Source of the DNA: an uncultured Bacillales bacterium
Lineage (GTDB): Bacteria > Bacillota_I > Bacilli_A > RFN20 > CAG-826
Length of the DNA stretch: 59,434 bases
Assembly: GCA_946411895.1 (NCBI GenBank)
Contig: CAMKFP010000001.1
Location: 1 to 59,434, forward strand
Reading direction: 5' to 3'
In this document: piece after piece, positions 7,777-18,075 of the stretch
Position numbering within the stretch: position 1 is the first letter of the stretch
Layout: every line of letters starts with the position of its first letter
The notes under the pieces: model-generated
The model's input: the letters and a program-made list of their open reading frames with translations, nothing else
What the model was told of the DNA's origin: nothing
The model's database searches: none
Program-made: the position numbers and the translations under genes

Positions 7777-9623
7777 TATTTTTCTTCTTTTTGAGCGTCT
7801 TTTGCAGGTTTTTTGGCTTCTTCAGCCTTAACTACAGTGGTGTATTCAAGAGGAATTCCATACACTCTTTCATAGAGTTCTTTCCATGCTTCTTCATTTG
7901 CTAAACGCATGTTCTTTTCGTTTTCTGCTGCAGTAGAAAGTGGATCTGGATAGATAGGTGGAAGAATATGTAATGTATAGGCTTGAATTGGATAGCCTTC
8001 ATCATCATATTTCTCGGTATCTCTCATGGTGATAAATGTTGGAATAACTGGCACCATATTACGGGCCGCAAACCTAAATGCGCCTGGTTTTAATGGTTTT
8101 GGTTTACGATAGTTCCACCACATGGATTGTTCAGCATAAATGAGAACAAAGTCACCTTTCTTTAAAACATTATTGGTAGCTCTCATCATTTCTCTTAAAA
8201 CAACTGGAGAGGAGGCTAATGGTAAGGAATAGCAGTTTCTCATGAAGTAACCATAGATACCTGGGAAGGAGTAGTTACCTTCTCTAATAACGGTCCATAG
8301 TTTTTTCTTCTTGGCGTATTTCTTAACAGCCTTATTAATTGGGATGCTATCGAATGGATTGAAATGGTTTGCTGTAATAACAGCACCTGTTTGCATATTC
8401 TCTAAAATCTCAACGCCTTCATACTTATCGATGACGATCTTGCCTTTCTTAATAAGGCGATTGAAGAATTTGAAGGATAGGCGAGATGCTTTTCTCGCTC
8501 TACGGCGAGTCGAACCTTTTTTATGGAAGTAATCGACTTCACCAGGTTGTAGTGGATTATATGGTGGATCATTTTCTGCATCGACATCAAAAGTACCGGC
8601 CTTTTCAAGCTCGGCGATGCGATTAAGAATTTTCTCTCTTTCTTCGCTTTGGGCAGGAATCTCATCCATATTGAGACCCGCTCTTCTTCTTCTCTTCTTG
8701 CTTGTGATGTCTTTATAGTAGGTATTCTTTCTACCGACTTCGTACATACAAAGCTCTTTCACTTTTTCAACACCCTTACGGTTGTTGTCTTTGATTTCGG
8801 TTGGAATGGCGTCACGGGCTTGGGCAATGGTCTTAGCTAAGTTAAGACTCTTAGCATATTTCCAGAAATAATCTTCATAAGGAATATCGTTTTGGTTCCA
8901 TGGTTTGAAGATTAAGTTGTAGTGGATGATGGAGTGCTCATAGGTGTGCTCACCTAAAGGCATAACATTCCATTTTGGAGGGAGAAGTTTAACTTTTCCT
9001 TTGCAAAGGAAATTAAGAATATCTTGGTCTTGCGCAACACGGAATGAGACATGTGTTAAAAGTCTAATTGCATGGGCTTCGATTCTTTGTCTTCTTAATT
9101 CTTTGAAGTTCATCACTAAAATACCAGCGTTGAAATATTGTTCGTGAGGAACACCAACGATTTCTTCGACGTATTTAATGAATTCTGGATAGGTTTGCAC
9201 TGATAAATCTGGTACAGCACCTAATAAGTTATTACCAATGTCTTCGTTATATAGATTAGCGACGTCTTCTAAGATAACAATATCGCTATCTAAATAAAGA
9301 CACTTATTCTCGATTGGGAATAAATCAGGTAAGAATAAACGATAATAAGTTGTTAATGAATAATAATCTCTAATGTCTAAGTTGACGGAAATTGCCGCTA
9401 ACTTGAATGAGATGTTAAAGAAACGGATTCTGATGTTATCTGTTTCAAAAGCTTTTAGAGTGGTTTTGGATTTTTGGGATAAGCCTGTATGAATAACTCT
9501 AATATCATAGAGGTGATCTTCTGTCGCGTGGTCTTTTAAAGAGGCCATGACGATGGATAAATATGTAATATAGTTATCATCGACAGTGAAGAAGATTGGT
9601 ACCCTTTGTCTTTTCTTTGCCAT
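7776..9623 (-). CDS. Fusion protein: family-8 glycosyltransferase (N-terminal) plus PlsC/LPLAT-type acyltransferase (C-terminal)
   Basis: GT8 motifs: IFFTVDDNY, LYLDSDIVIL (DxD), YFNAGILVMN, HYNLIFKPW. Acyltransferase motifs: ITANHFNPFD (HX4D) and LIYAEQSMWWNYRKP. The ORF extends to 9665, but the MAKKRQ start at 9623 removes an implausible leader. Confidence 0.8.
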   Translation of the reverse strand: MAKKRQRVPIFFTVDDNYITYLSIVMASLKDHATEDHLYDIRVIHTGLSQKSKTTLKAFETDNIRIRFFNISFKLAAISVNLDIRDYYSLTTYYRLFLPDLFPIENKCLYLDSDIVILEDVANLYNEDIGNNLLGAVPDLSVQTYPEFIKYVEEIVGVPHEQYFNAGILVMNFKELRRQRIEAHAIRLLTHVSFRVAQDQDILNFLCKGKVKLLPPKWNVMPLGEHTYEHSIIHYNLIFKPWNQNDIPYEDYFWKYAKSLNLAKTIAQARDAIPTEIKDNNRKGVEKVKELCMYEVGRKNTYYKDITSKKRRRRAGLNMDEIPAQSEEREKILNRIAELEKAGTFDVDAENDPPYNPLQPGEVDYFHKKGSTRRRARKASRLSFKFFNRLIKKGKIVIDKYEGVEILENMQTGAVITANHFNPFDSIPINKAVKKYAKKKKLWTVIREGNYSFPGIYGYFMRNCYSLPLASSPVVLREMMRATNNVLKKGDFVLIYAEQSMWWNYRKPKPLKPGAFRFAARNMVPVIPTFITMRDTEKYDDEGYPIQAYTLHILPPIYPDPLSTAAENEKNMRLANEEAWKELYERVYGIPLEYTTVVKAEEAKKPAKDAQKEEK

Positions 9624-9736
9624 ACACCCTATTTTAACATGCTTTATAAATAAAAAAAGACCCACTCAATCTAAACAGAAAGTCGTTTTCTCTAAGAGAA
9701 ATGTATTTTTTTAATAATATAAACTATAATGGTTGC

Positions 9737-11425
9737 ATGAAAACGGTGTTCAAAAGAGTATTTAGCATTGCTATCTTCTCATTCTTGGTGGGCTCTTTAG
9801 CCTCTTGTGGTGAAAAGCCAATTAAGGATGATGATTTAGTTTGCACAAAACAAACATACACTTTTACTAACCTTTCATCTTACTATGACTTTCCGAGTGC
9901 TACTGTTGATAGTTATCAAGTTGAAGGCCACGCGATTAACTATATTGATATAAAGCAGTTCTTTAACGCTTTAAAACCTTTAGTGAACAACAATCTTTCC
10001 GTGACCATCCTTCCTAATTTAAACAAAGTGAGAATTAGAGATGAACAATATGGTTTATACGCGAACATCTCTTGGAGTAAGGACGCTGTTTTTGTTCCTT
10101 ATAATTCTTTCTTTAATTACGTAGTTAGTTCAACCGCCTCAACGATTGATTATAGCTATGCTATGAAAGTGGCGGATTATTCGATGAGTGGTTCAAAATC
10201 GATCACCTTTGATTTAAAGAGTTACGACTTTGATATCTATTACTATAAAGGTTCAGTATTAATGCCTTTTTCCATCTTCAATACTTTGTTCTTCTCCCAA
10301 CAGATGTATAACATCTACTTCAATGGTGATGCTTTCTATGGTGTGAGTTATTATCTAGGTTATTCAACCACCGAAGAAGACTATAGCTGCATCAAGACTA
10401 GTTCATTAAACAACCAAGAACAAAGTGCGTTACTACGTAAAGAGACATATAATAACTTCTTGTTTGATATGAAATACTTCTATGGACTCAAAGAGTTCAA
10501 AGGATATTCTGATGATTTTGTTTCGGCTTCTGATAAGGCTTTATTCTTATCCACTAATGTAGAAGACAACAACCAAGGTCTAATTAACATCATGCAGAAA
10601 CAGCTAAATGAACTTCACTCCAACATTTGTGAATATTCTGTTTATCAAGATCCATCTGTGAGACCAAATATCCTAGAAGAAGAAAACATGGGTGAATATT
10701 GGAAGACCTATTACAATATGAGAACAGAGTATCGTCAAAGAAGAGCAGATGCATTCCCAAGTGGCGTTCCTGAAGTGAGATATCAAAGCAAGACGGCGAT
10801 TGTCACTTTCGATTCTTTTGTGACAGGCACTAACGAGGAAAGAAAGCGTGAAGACGCTTATAAATATGATTCGTTCTATTTCATGAGATACGCTTTAAAT
10901 AAGGCTGTTCAACATGGAAATATTGATAATGTTGTCATCGATATTTCTCTTAATGGTGGAGGTAATTTGGGCGCTCTTATCAGAGTCTTAGGTGTGTTAA
11001 GTGACAACTACATCAATTACACAACTTTTAACACTTTGAATAGAGAGTACACCAATGTCTATTATTCTGTTGATGCTGACTTAGATAAAAGCTATCAAGA
11101 TAAGGATGCATACAGTCAATTCAAATATTACATTTTAACTTCAATTAATACATTTTCCGCAGCAAATTCCATGGCTTCTATGGCAAAATGCTCAAATATT
11201 GCAACTTTAATTGGTGAGAAAACTGGTGGCGGAATGTGTTCTGTTTTGCCTCTCGTTTTAGCGGATGGTACAACTATCAGAATCTCTTCTAATAATGCAA
11301 TCATGGCTTACACCAATAATGAATATAATGAAATCGAAAGTGGTGTAAATCCTGATATCTCTTTTGCTAGAGAAAACTTCTATGATGATGTCGCTTTAGC
11401 AAATAAAGTTGAATCAAACAATTAA
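9737..11425 (+). CDS. Lipoprotein, S41 (tail-specific / Ctp-like) peptidase family C-terminal domain
   Basis: Signal peptide plus lipobox LVGSLASC. C-terminal VVIDISLNGGGNLGAL, NTFSAANSMA and IGEKTGGG resemble S41 catalytic-domain blocks. The ORF opens at 9701; the Met at 9737 gives a proper signal peptide. Confidence 0.55.
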   Translation: MKTVFKRVFSIAIFSFLVGSLASCGEKPIKDDDLVCTKQTYTFTNLSSYYDFPSATVDSYQVEGHAINYIDIKQFFNALKPLVNNNLSVTILPNLNKVRIRDEQYGLYANISWSKDAVFVPYNSFFNYVVSSTASTIDYSYAMKVADYSMSGSKSITFDLKSYDFDIYYYKGSVLMPFSIFNTLFFSQQMYNIYFNGDAFYGVSYYLGYSTTEEDYSCIKTSSLNNQEQSALLRKETYNNFLFDMKYFYGLKEFKGYSDDFVSASDKALFLSTNVEDNNQGLINIMQKQLNELHSNICEYSVYQDPSVRPNILEEENMGEYWKTYYNMRTEYRQRRADAFPSGVPEVRYQSKTAIVTFDSFVTGTNEERKREDAYKYDSFYFMRYALNKAVQHGNIDNVVIDISLNGGGNLGALIRVLGVLSDNYINYTTFNTLNREYTNVYYSVDADLDKSYQDKDAYSQFKYYILTSINTFSAANSMASMAKCSNIATLIGEKTGGGMCSVLPLVLADGTTIRISSNNAIMAYTNNEYNEIESGVNPDISFARENFYDDVALANKVESNN

Positions 11426-11426
11426 T

Positions 11427-12176
11427 ATGATTCCTGAAATACTCGGATTTGAAGATTCCTCATATTTATTAATGATGATCATTGGCATCTTTGTTGCTTT
11501 TGTAGTGGCTGCTTTGTATTTCAAGAAGCTCAAATACAATAAGAACAACATCATTGATTTGTTAATATGTTCTTCTTTTGCTGTTGCGATTGGTGTGATC
11601 TTTGCAATTCTATTTGAAAACCTCTATGAGATTGGTTCTGGACATGGATTTGTCTTTAAACTTACCTTCTTTGGTGGCCTTGCTGGTGGAGTCCTTGGTT
11701 TTATTCTTGTCTATGTCATTGCAAGAAAGCACATGTCTTTCAAGTTTATCGACGTTTTGACTATTGCTCCGGGTTGCATAGCAATTGCTCACGCGATTGG
11801 GCGTATCGGATGTTTCCTTTCTGGATGTTGCTATGGGGCAGTTACAACCGAATGGTATGGCGTGACCTTTTATGGTGACACAGTTAAAAGAATACCGACC
11901 CAGCTCTTCGAATCGATATTCCTATTCATACTTGCAGCGTTACTTATCTATTTAGCATTTAAAAAAGAATTCAAATATAACTTTGTTATTTATTTGGGAG
12001 CCTACTCTATCTTTAGGTTCTTGATTGAATTCTTAAGAGATGATGAAAGAGGACACTTTGTAGGAGCGTTATCACCAAGCCAGATTTGGTGTATTGTCCT
12101 TTTTGTATTAGCCGTTCCTCTATTCTTTATTGTGAAAAAGTTTTTAGTGGAGAAGAAAACTGATGAGCAAGAATAA
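11427..12176 (+). CDS. lgt: Prolipoprotein diacylglyceryl transferase
   Basis: HAIGRIGCFLSGCCYG and IPTQLFES Lgt signatures, multi-TM. The ATG at 11427 immediately follows the upstream stop; the ORF opens at 11409. Confidence 0.9.
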   Translation: MIPEILGFEDSSYLLMMIIGIFVAFVVAALYFKKLKYNKNNIIDLLICSSFAVAIGVIFAILFENLYEIGSGHGFVFKLTFFGGLAGGVLGFILVYVIARKHMSFKFIDVLTIAPGCIAIAHAIGRIGCFLSGCCYGAVTTEWYGVTFYGDTVKRIPTQLFESIFLFILAALLIYLAFKKEFKYNFVIYLGAYSIFRFLIEFLRDDERGHFVGALSPSQIWCIVLFVLAVPLFFIVKKFLVEKKTDEQE

Positions 12177-12927
12177 ACCTATAGATATAGCAATTCTCAT
12201 TCTTGTTTATGTCGCAGTCTGTGCGATTCCTTTTTCTTTAATAATTAAAAACATCCCTGCTTTAGAGATGTCTCTTAAGATTGCGATGCAGATTTTATAT
12301 TCAATCTTCGCTTTCTTCTTTGTAAGAAAACAAGAAGTGGAGATGGGAAAAAATAAGTTCAATTTGATGGCGTTTTTATTAATAATCCCCGCTATTTTGA
12401 TTTGTTTTTCAAACAGCATCACGGCTTTGTTTATGGCGTCATCGTTCCATGCAGGTAACTACTCTTATCTAATGATTTTTGAAATCATCCTTACAATTTT
12501 AGTGGTTATTAATGAAGAATTCTTATTTAGAAACATCTTAATTACTGGACTAAAGAAATTCTCTCCGCTGGCTAAGATTTTTATCAGTGCCGCTATATTT
12601 GGCTTAGTGCACATCACCCACTTCTTATCTAGTTTCAATCCTATTGATTTGTTAGTAGTGGTCTATACCTTTGGATTAGGTTTGGTTCTTGGTATCTTCT
12701 ATGTTTATGTCAGATGCATCTATGCGTGCATTGGTTTCCATTTGTTATTTAATGTTTTAAACGATGCCATCTTTGCTAGGTTCGCTGTGGTGAACAACTG
12801 GATGATTTATTACATAGTAAATATCTCTATTGGAGTGCTCATTGGAGTCTATCTCCTCTTAACATATATTCTCTTCTTTAGAAGAACTGAGACAGAAGAA
12901 CCTATAGAAGAAAATAAAGCCGCTTAA
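12163..12927 (+). CDS. CPBP-family (CAAX) intramembrane metalloprotease
   Basis: 254 aa, polytopic. EEFLFRNIL (EExxxR), FGLVHITHF and IGFHLLFN motifs. Confidence 0.85.
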   Translation: MSKNKPIDIAILILVYVAVCAIPFSLIIKNIPALEMSLKIAMQILYSIFAFFFVRKQEVEMGKNKFNLMAFLLIIPAILICFSNSITALFMASSFHAGNYSYLMIFEIILTILVVINEEFLFRNILITGLKKFSPLAKIFISAAIFGLVHITHFLSSFNPIDLLVVVYTFGLGLVLGIFYVYVRCIYACIGFHLLFNVLNDAIFARFAVVNNWMIYYIVNISIGVLIGVYLLLTYILFFRRTETEEPIEENKAA

Positions 12928-13349
12928 CTAAGCGACTTTAATATATCTTTTACGCAAGTTGTGATTTGATCCACAACTTTTTTATAATTACCCGTATACC
13001 AAGGGTCTTCGATTTCCCTAATTGATGGAGTGAAATGATAGATGGGCAAGATTTTATCTTGTGGTCCAAATAGCCTATTCAAAGTGAAGAGGTTTTCATC
13101 ATCCATATAGAAGATGTATTTAGCTTCATTAAAATCTTTTTGATCAATTCTTCTCGCGTGATGTTCTTTTAAAGGAATGCTTCTAGATAATAATTCTCTT
13201 TTCATCGGTGGGTAGACATCGTTACCAATTTCTTCAAAGGAAGTTGCGCGAGAAATAAAGATGTAGTCTTCACTTATGCTTGAGGCAATAAATTCTGCCG
13301 CGGGAGAACGACAAATAGAACCATGACAAACAAAAATTATTTTATCCAT
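12924..13349 (-). CDS. Low-molecular-weight protein tyrosine phosphatase
   Basis: N-terminal P-loop IIFVCHGSICRSPAAE (CX5R-S) and C-terminal EIEDPWY (DP loop). Its stop codon overlaps the convergent CPBP gene stop. Confidence 0.85.
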   Translation of the reverse strand: MDKIIFVCHGSICRSPAAEFIASSISEDYIFISRATSFEEIGNDVYPPMKRELLSRSIPLKEHHARRIDQKDFNEAKYIFYMDDENLFTLNRLFGPQDKILPIYHFTPSIREIEDPWYTGNYKKVVDQITTCVKDILKSLS

Positions 13350-13414
13350 ACATTTAATATCTCATATATGAGAAAGAAATAGAAACACAATAATATTCAT
13401 TCTATAATAACAAT

Positions 13415-14872
13415 ATGAAAAAGATATTTATTTTACTCCCAATCCTTACCCTTTTACCTTTAGGCGCATGTTCAAAAACGTCTAAAACCAAAGTCGTTGA
13501 AAAAGACGATTACTATGTTATTGATGTTGGAAATAAAGCTAAGCCTGTAAGTGTGCTTTTCCTTAGTCAAAATGGCGATCAACTTCATTTTGATCACACC
13601 TATTCAGATGAGTACTTTTCTAATGAATTTCCAGCAAAACTCAATCTAAATTTAGCAAAAACCTCATTTGCTTTAGCTATGGCGGCGTCTAATCCTGACG
13701 CCAGCGGATACTTAGGTTCTGTTGGTTTTAAAGATGTGAAAAGCCAAGTTGTCGCTAATAAAGCTAGTGAAGAAGACACCGTTAATGTGATGTTTGGTCA
13801 TAAGACAATTAACAATAGAGAAATGGTCGCTGTTGCGGTTCGTGGATATGATTACTCGACTGAATGGTCAAGCAACATGACTATTGGCTTAGATGGTGAT
13901 CATGAAGGTTTCTATAACGCCGCTTATAATGTCATTTATGAGTTAAAGGAATACTTAGATACTTATAGTCTTAATGAGAATCTATCATTCTGGTTCGCTG
14001 GTTATTCTCGTGGTGGCGCTACCATGAATCTTGTCAGCAAATATCTTGTTCTTGACGCTCAGGCTCATATCGAAAGAGAATTTGATACCAATCACGTGTA
14101 TACATATACATTTGAAGCACCCAAATGTGCTTTAGCGGATACTGCACACGATTATTCCTTTATTCATAATTTATATAATGCGAACGATTTCATCGCGATG
14201 AACTTCCCCTTTGATTTTACACTCATGGGAAATATGCATGAATATACTCATCTATCAATCTCTAAAGGTGACGCGATTGTTAATGGAAGAAAGATTGATC
14301 CAGACTACGATATCCCAGTTTATGTAAATAAAACTGTCAGTTTATTCCCTGCTGGCATTGTTGATGATCCAAGCTCTACGATGACAGAAGAAAAATTCTA
14401 TTCAGCCTTATTTGATATGCTTTATAGAGATTTAAGCGAAGTGGATCCAGAAGAAGCAGAAGGCCTTGTTGATGTTCACACTAGAGAAAACTATGTGAAT
14501 AATATTCAAAAGTCGCTTAAATATATCCTTGCTTTGGCGTTCACTTTAACTAGTGAACAAATGAGCGCTCTTGGTACATATGCTAAGGATCACGCGATGG
14601 ACTTAATAGGTGCTGTTGGTGATAAAACAGGAGAAGAACTATATAACGCTCTTGTTCTTGCTTTTGAAGCGTCATCTATTGAATATGATGAAGCAGAATT
14701 AAGAGAAGTGTGCGCTCAACTAGCGCCATATCTATATACCGTTATGCTTTATGATAATAGTAATGGCCTGTTGAAGTATCTTCCAACTCTTGCAGGTAAC
14801 TTCTCTCTTATTTATACAAACCATTACATGACCACTGTTATAGCTTATCTGATTTCTATTCCAGTTGAATAA
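13415..14872 (+). CDS. Lipoprotein with lipase (class 3)-like alpha/beta-hydrolase domain
   Basis: Lipobox LLPLGAC. Nucleophile elbow FAGYSRGGA (GxSxG) in a class-3 lipase-like context. Confidence 0.6.
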   Translation: MKKIFILLPILTLLPLGACSKTSKTKVVEKDDYYVIDVGNKAKPVSVLFLSQNGDQLHFDHTYSDEYFSNEFPAKLNLNLAKTSFALAMAASNPDASGYLGSVGFKDVKSQVVANKASEEDTVNVMFGHKTINNREMVAVAVRGYDYSTEWSSNMTIGLDGDHEGFYNAAYNVIYELKEYLDTYSLNENLSFWFAGYSRGGATMNLVSKYLVLDAQAHIEREFDTNHVYTYTFEAPKCALADTAHDYSFIHNLYNANDFIAMNFPFDFTLMGNMHEYTHLSISKGDAIVNGRKIDPDYDIPVYVNKTVSLFPAGIVDDPSSTMTEEKFYSALFDMLYRDLSEVDPEEAEGLVDVHTRENYVNNIQKSLKYILALAFTLTSEQMSALGTYAKDHAMDLIGAVGDKTGEELYNALVLAFEASSIEYDEAELREVCAQLAPYLYTVMLYDNSNGLLKYLPTLAGNFSLIYTNHYMTTVIAYLISIPVE

Positions 14873-14894
14873 TAAATAATTAGAATAACAAGCA

Positions 14895-14927
14895 AAAAGA
14901 AAAGGGCTCTTGGAGCCCTTTATTTCT
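14895..14927. terminator. Bidirectional terminator between convergent genes
   Basis: AAGGGCTC (14902-14909), loop TTG, GAGCCCTT (14913-14920), with an A-run upstream and a T-run downstream. Confidence 0.8.
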
Positions 14928-16023
14928 AGTATGTTGGCTTGAATTGCTTCATTGTGAGCCACATCACTCTGATACCGGATAAGACGATGAAGAAGATGTA
15001 AGCATATTGAGTTAACAAGAAGCCAAGAATCAAAGCGAGTAAACCAGGTGTGAAGCTTGCTTCCATGGAGATCTTTAAGCATTGATGGAACTTCATGAAG
15101 TTGAACATGTTTCTCTTGCCTCTGGTCATTAAGAAGATTAATAAGCCATAAACGACAATGATGAGAGTATCAACACCAGCATAGATTCCTGTGGTCATCC
15201 AGAAGTTTTTGGTTTTGGCCTCGTCATATAATCTATTAAGAACGCCTTTGAAGTTCTTGATGACACCGGCCTTGTAGGCAACTGGGTCAGTAGCAAAGTC
15301 AACGTTTTCACCTTTGACAGTAACTGTTCCAAGTTTAGCAACCAATTCAGTTCCGACTTTAGTGGTGCTCCAGCTTGTGGAGTAGCCTGTGTATGTGGCA
15401 GCGGCTGTGCTGTTGTGCTTATAGATGGAGATGTACATACCTGTTTCATACATGAAGACGAAACTTGGTGTGTAGTACTTTGTATCATCTGGATCAGCTT
15501 CAGATTTTTCTGTTTCGCCACCGACGATATATTGAACTTTAGTGGCTTCTGTGATGAATTTGCTGACACCTTTAGCACTTAACTTAGCGTAATAGAACAC
15601 GAGATCAAGTTGGGTATTACCATCTTTTTCAGATTCATATTTACCAACGACAAAGTCGTTTAAGGCTGTTCCTGTTCCAAGATCGATGTTACCTTTCTTT
15701 CCTTCTAACTTATGTTTTTCGTTAACGGTGAAGGTGTAGTCTTCATTCTTTAAATCTTGAAGGACATAACTTGCAGCGTTATCAAATCCATAAGTATTTG
15801 ATGAGAGGACGGAGCCTCCAGATGCGCTACCTGCAGCCACCATGATAGGTGTGAGGGCGAGCACGACTGCTAATATCGCAAGGATAAGAGGAAGCCAGAA
15901 TGGGTGTGTTTTACCATTCTCAACAACTTGAGCGTTGGAGAATAAACCTTTAAGGGTTTCAAACAAAGTCTTCTTCGCCTTGCTTTCTTTTTTGACTGGT
16001 TTTGCTTTAATAGTTCTATTCAT
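14926..16023 (-). CDS. Membrane protein of unknown function (N-terminal TM, ~230-aa extracytoplasmic domain, C-terminal 3-4 TM)
   Basis: 365-aa ORF with a clear TM topology. I recognise no catalytic motif. The nested ORF 15195-15578 is treated as spurious. Confidence 0.6.
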   Translation of the reverse strand: MNRTIKAKPVKKESKAKKTLFETLKGLFSNAQVVENGKTHPFWLPLILAILAVVLALTPIMVAAGSASGGSVLSSNTYGFDNAASYVLQDLKNEDYTFTVNEKHKLEGKKGNIDLGTGTALNDFVVGKYESEKDGNTQLDLVFYYAKLSAKGVSKFITEATKVQYIVGGETEKSEADPDDTKYYTPSFVFMYETGMYISIYKHNSTAAATYTGYSTSWSTTKVGTELVAKLGTVTVKGENVDFATDPVAYKAGVIKNFKGVLNRLYDEAKTKNFWMTTGIYAGVDTLIIVVYGLLIFLMTRGKRNMFNFMKFHQCLKISMEASFTPGLLALILGFLLTQYAYIFFIVLSGIRVMWLTMKQFKPTY

Positions 16024-16150
16024 AGTAATAATTCTTTCTCGTTTGTTTATTCTATTCTATAGGCAATTATTTATCAATAATTTTGAAATAATATAGTGAC
16101 GATTTCGCTCTTATTGTGTTAGTATTATCAAGCGTTAGTAACGCACAAAT

Positions 16151-16546
16151 GGGGTCGTATTGGATTCGACAGAGATGTGCTAGGCTCTAACTGCAGCGGG
16201 CTGGTAACCCTTATAGACCAAAAGAAAAATAACTGACAACAGTTATATGAGAGCTCCTAGAGCTCAATCTCTCTGCTTAGCTTAATAGCTACTCGACGTT
16301 AGAGATCCGACCTTAGTGGCCGGGCAGAGCGCCCTTCAAGGTTTTCTCCTTTCACGCTTGAAGTAGGTGTCATACCAAAAGGATAGGAACTCGGAGTAGA
16401 CTAGTTACCGATACCGAAATCTTGCTAGTCTCGCATGGTCTAATGCGTCGATATATGAAGCCATGTTAAAACTTAATATCGTCTAAGCTGTAGACGTTAT
16501 TGAAGAGCCATTTCTGGACGCGGTTTCGACACCGCCGGCTCCACCA
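16151..16546 (+). ncRNA. ssrA: tmRNA (SsrA)
   Basis: 5' GGGGUCGUAUUGGAUUCGACAG... and 3' ...GGACGCGGUUUCGACACCGCCGGCUCCACCA tRNA-like ends. An internal tag ORF ends in UAAUAG (16282-16287). Confidence 0.95.
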
Positions 16547-16559
16547 AAAAGATGATAAT

Positions 16560-16588
16560 CCCAAGTGAGAAATCGCTTGGGTTTTTTC
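16560..16588 (+). terminator. Rho-independent terminator of ssrA
   Basis: CCCAAG-UGAGAAAUCG-CUUGGG followed by UUUUUU. Confidence 0.8.
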
Positions 16589-16767
16589 TTTATAAAAGAA
16601 GTATATACTTTTCGACGTAAAAAATGGATGAGTCAAGCGAGCCCATTTCTAGCTCCAACTAGATGCGTCATCTATTGGCTATATTTAATCAAAATTATAT
16701 TTAGGCTGTTAGTAGTTTATTCAATTCAAATTGTTAATAAATAACAAATTGAGTAAAATAGATATGT

Positions 16768-18075
16768 ATGATTGCCAAAACAAAAGGAATACACGACACC
16801 AAAAGTTTTGTTGGTGCGCTTTCTGCCGTACGATATATCGATCCTAAGTACGTCTATATCGCGACCTCCAATGTGAGATGTGGGCAAGCAGATGTGTATA
16901 TTAAAGAAGGAGACCACGTAGATATTTGCCAAGTCATCGGCATGCGTCATGGTCCATTTTTTGATCAACCAATTCATGCGACTATCTCTGGAACCTTTGT
17001 TGGCTATGAGAAACACTATCATAGAAATGGCAAACTCACCGATTTTATCAAGATTGAAAATGACTTTAAGGACACGATGGATAAGTCCTGTCAAAAACGC
17101 ACCCCTGATGAGATTGAAGAATTAACTCATGATAAAGCAAGAATGACTGAACTACTTAAAGAAACAGCGAATGTTGGTCTAGGTGGTTCATCTTTCCCGA
17201 CATATATCAAATTCCAAACCGATAAAAAGATCGACATGATTCTCATCAATGCGATTGAATGCGAGCCATATATCACCGCGGATCACCGCTTGATGTTAGA
17301 GTTCCCATACCGCGTTATTGATGGTATCAAATATGTCATGAATGCTTTTGACTGTAAGAAAGCTAAAATTTGTATCAAGTCAAAATATAAAGACATCAAA
17401 GAGGTCTATGAAAAGACTCTTAAAGAATTCCCTGATAGTGGAATTGAACTCGCCTGTTTAGGAAATTACTACCCACAAGGTTGGGAAGTAGAAATGATTA
17501 AAAACGCGACAGGAATTCAACTAAACCCTGGAGAACTCCCCTCAAATCGCGGAATTATGAACTTTAATGTCTCCACAATTGTGGGCATCTATAAAGCTGT
17601 AAAATATAACATGCCAGTCGTGAAAAGATTCATCACGGTAACAGGTAATGGCATTACCACACCGAAGAATTTCCGTCTTAGAGTGGGCACCTCAATTAGA
17701 GATTTAATCCCAATGTGTGGTGGGTATAAACATCCTGAAAAAGACAAAATCTTCATCCTTGGTGGACCAATGATGGGGGTCTCTGTTCCTAGTGATGACT
17801 GTATCGTTACTAAGACCGTGACATCTGTTATCATTCTCGATAAAGAAGAATACGAAGAACAACCATGTGTAAGATGTGGCAGCTGTGTTTTATCTTGCCC
17901 AGTTCATCTTGAACCTGTGCAGATTATGAACGCGGTGAAAACATTAGATAAAGAAAGAATCAAAAAACTTAATCCATTAAGATGCATTGAATGTGGCTTA
18001 TGCACATATTCATGCACTTCGAAGATTCAAGTCACTGATTATATCAGAAAGGCGAAGCTCATCGCGAAGCTATAA
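16768..18075 (+). CDS. rnfC: Rnf electron-transport complex subunit C
   Basis: 435 aa. GLGGSSFPT nucleotide-binding block and two ferredoxin motifs, CVRCGSCVLSCP and CIECGLCTYSCT. First gene of an rnfCDGEAB-ordered operon. Confidence 0.93.
   Translation: MIAKTKGIHDTKSFVGALSAVRYIDPKYVYIATSNVRCGQADVYIKEGDHVDICQVIGMRHGPFFDQPIHATISGTFVGYEKHYHRNGKLTDFIKIENDFKDTMDKSCQKRTPDEIEELTHDKARMTELLKETANVGLGGSSFPTYIKFQTDKKIDMILINAIECEPYITADHRLMLEFPYRVIDGIKYVMNAFDCKKAKICIKSKYKDIKEVYEKTLKEFPDSGIELACLGNYYPQGWEVEMIKNATGIQLNPGELPSNRGIMNFNVSTIVGIYKAVKYNMPVVKRFITVTGNGITTPKNFRLRVGTSIRDLIPMCGGYKHPEKDKIFILGGPMMGVSVPSDDCIVTKTVTSVIILDKEEYEEQPCVRCGSCVLSCPVHLEPVQIMNAVKTLDKERIKKLNPLRCIECGLCTYSCTSKIQVTDYIRKAKLIAKL

Noticed and set aside
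16547-16767. A genomic island integrated at the tmRNA 3' end, which is a common att site.
   Set aside because: Only about 220 bp (terminator plus promoter region) separate ssrA from rnfC. There is no integrase and no duplicated copy of the ssrA 3' end.
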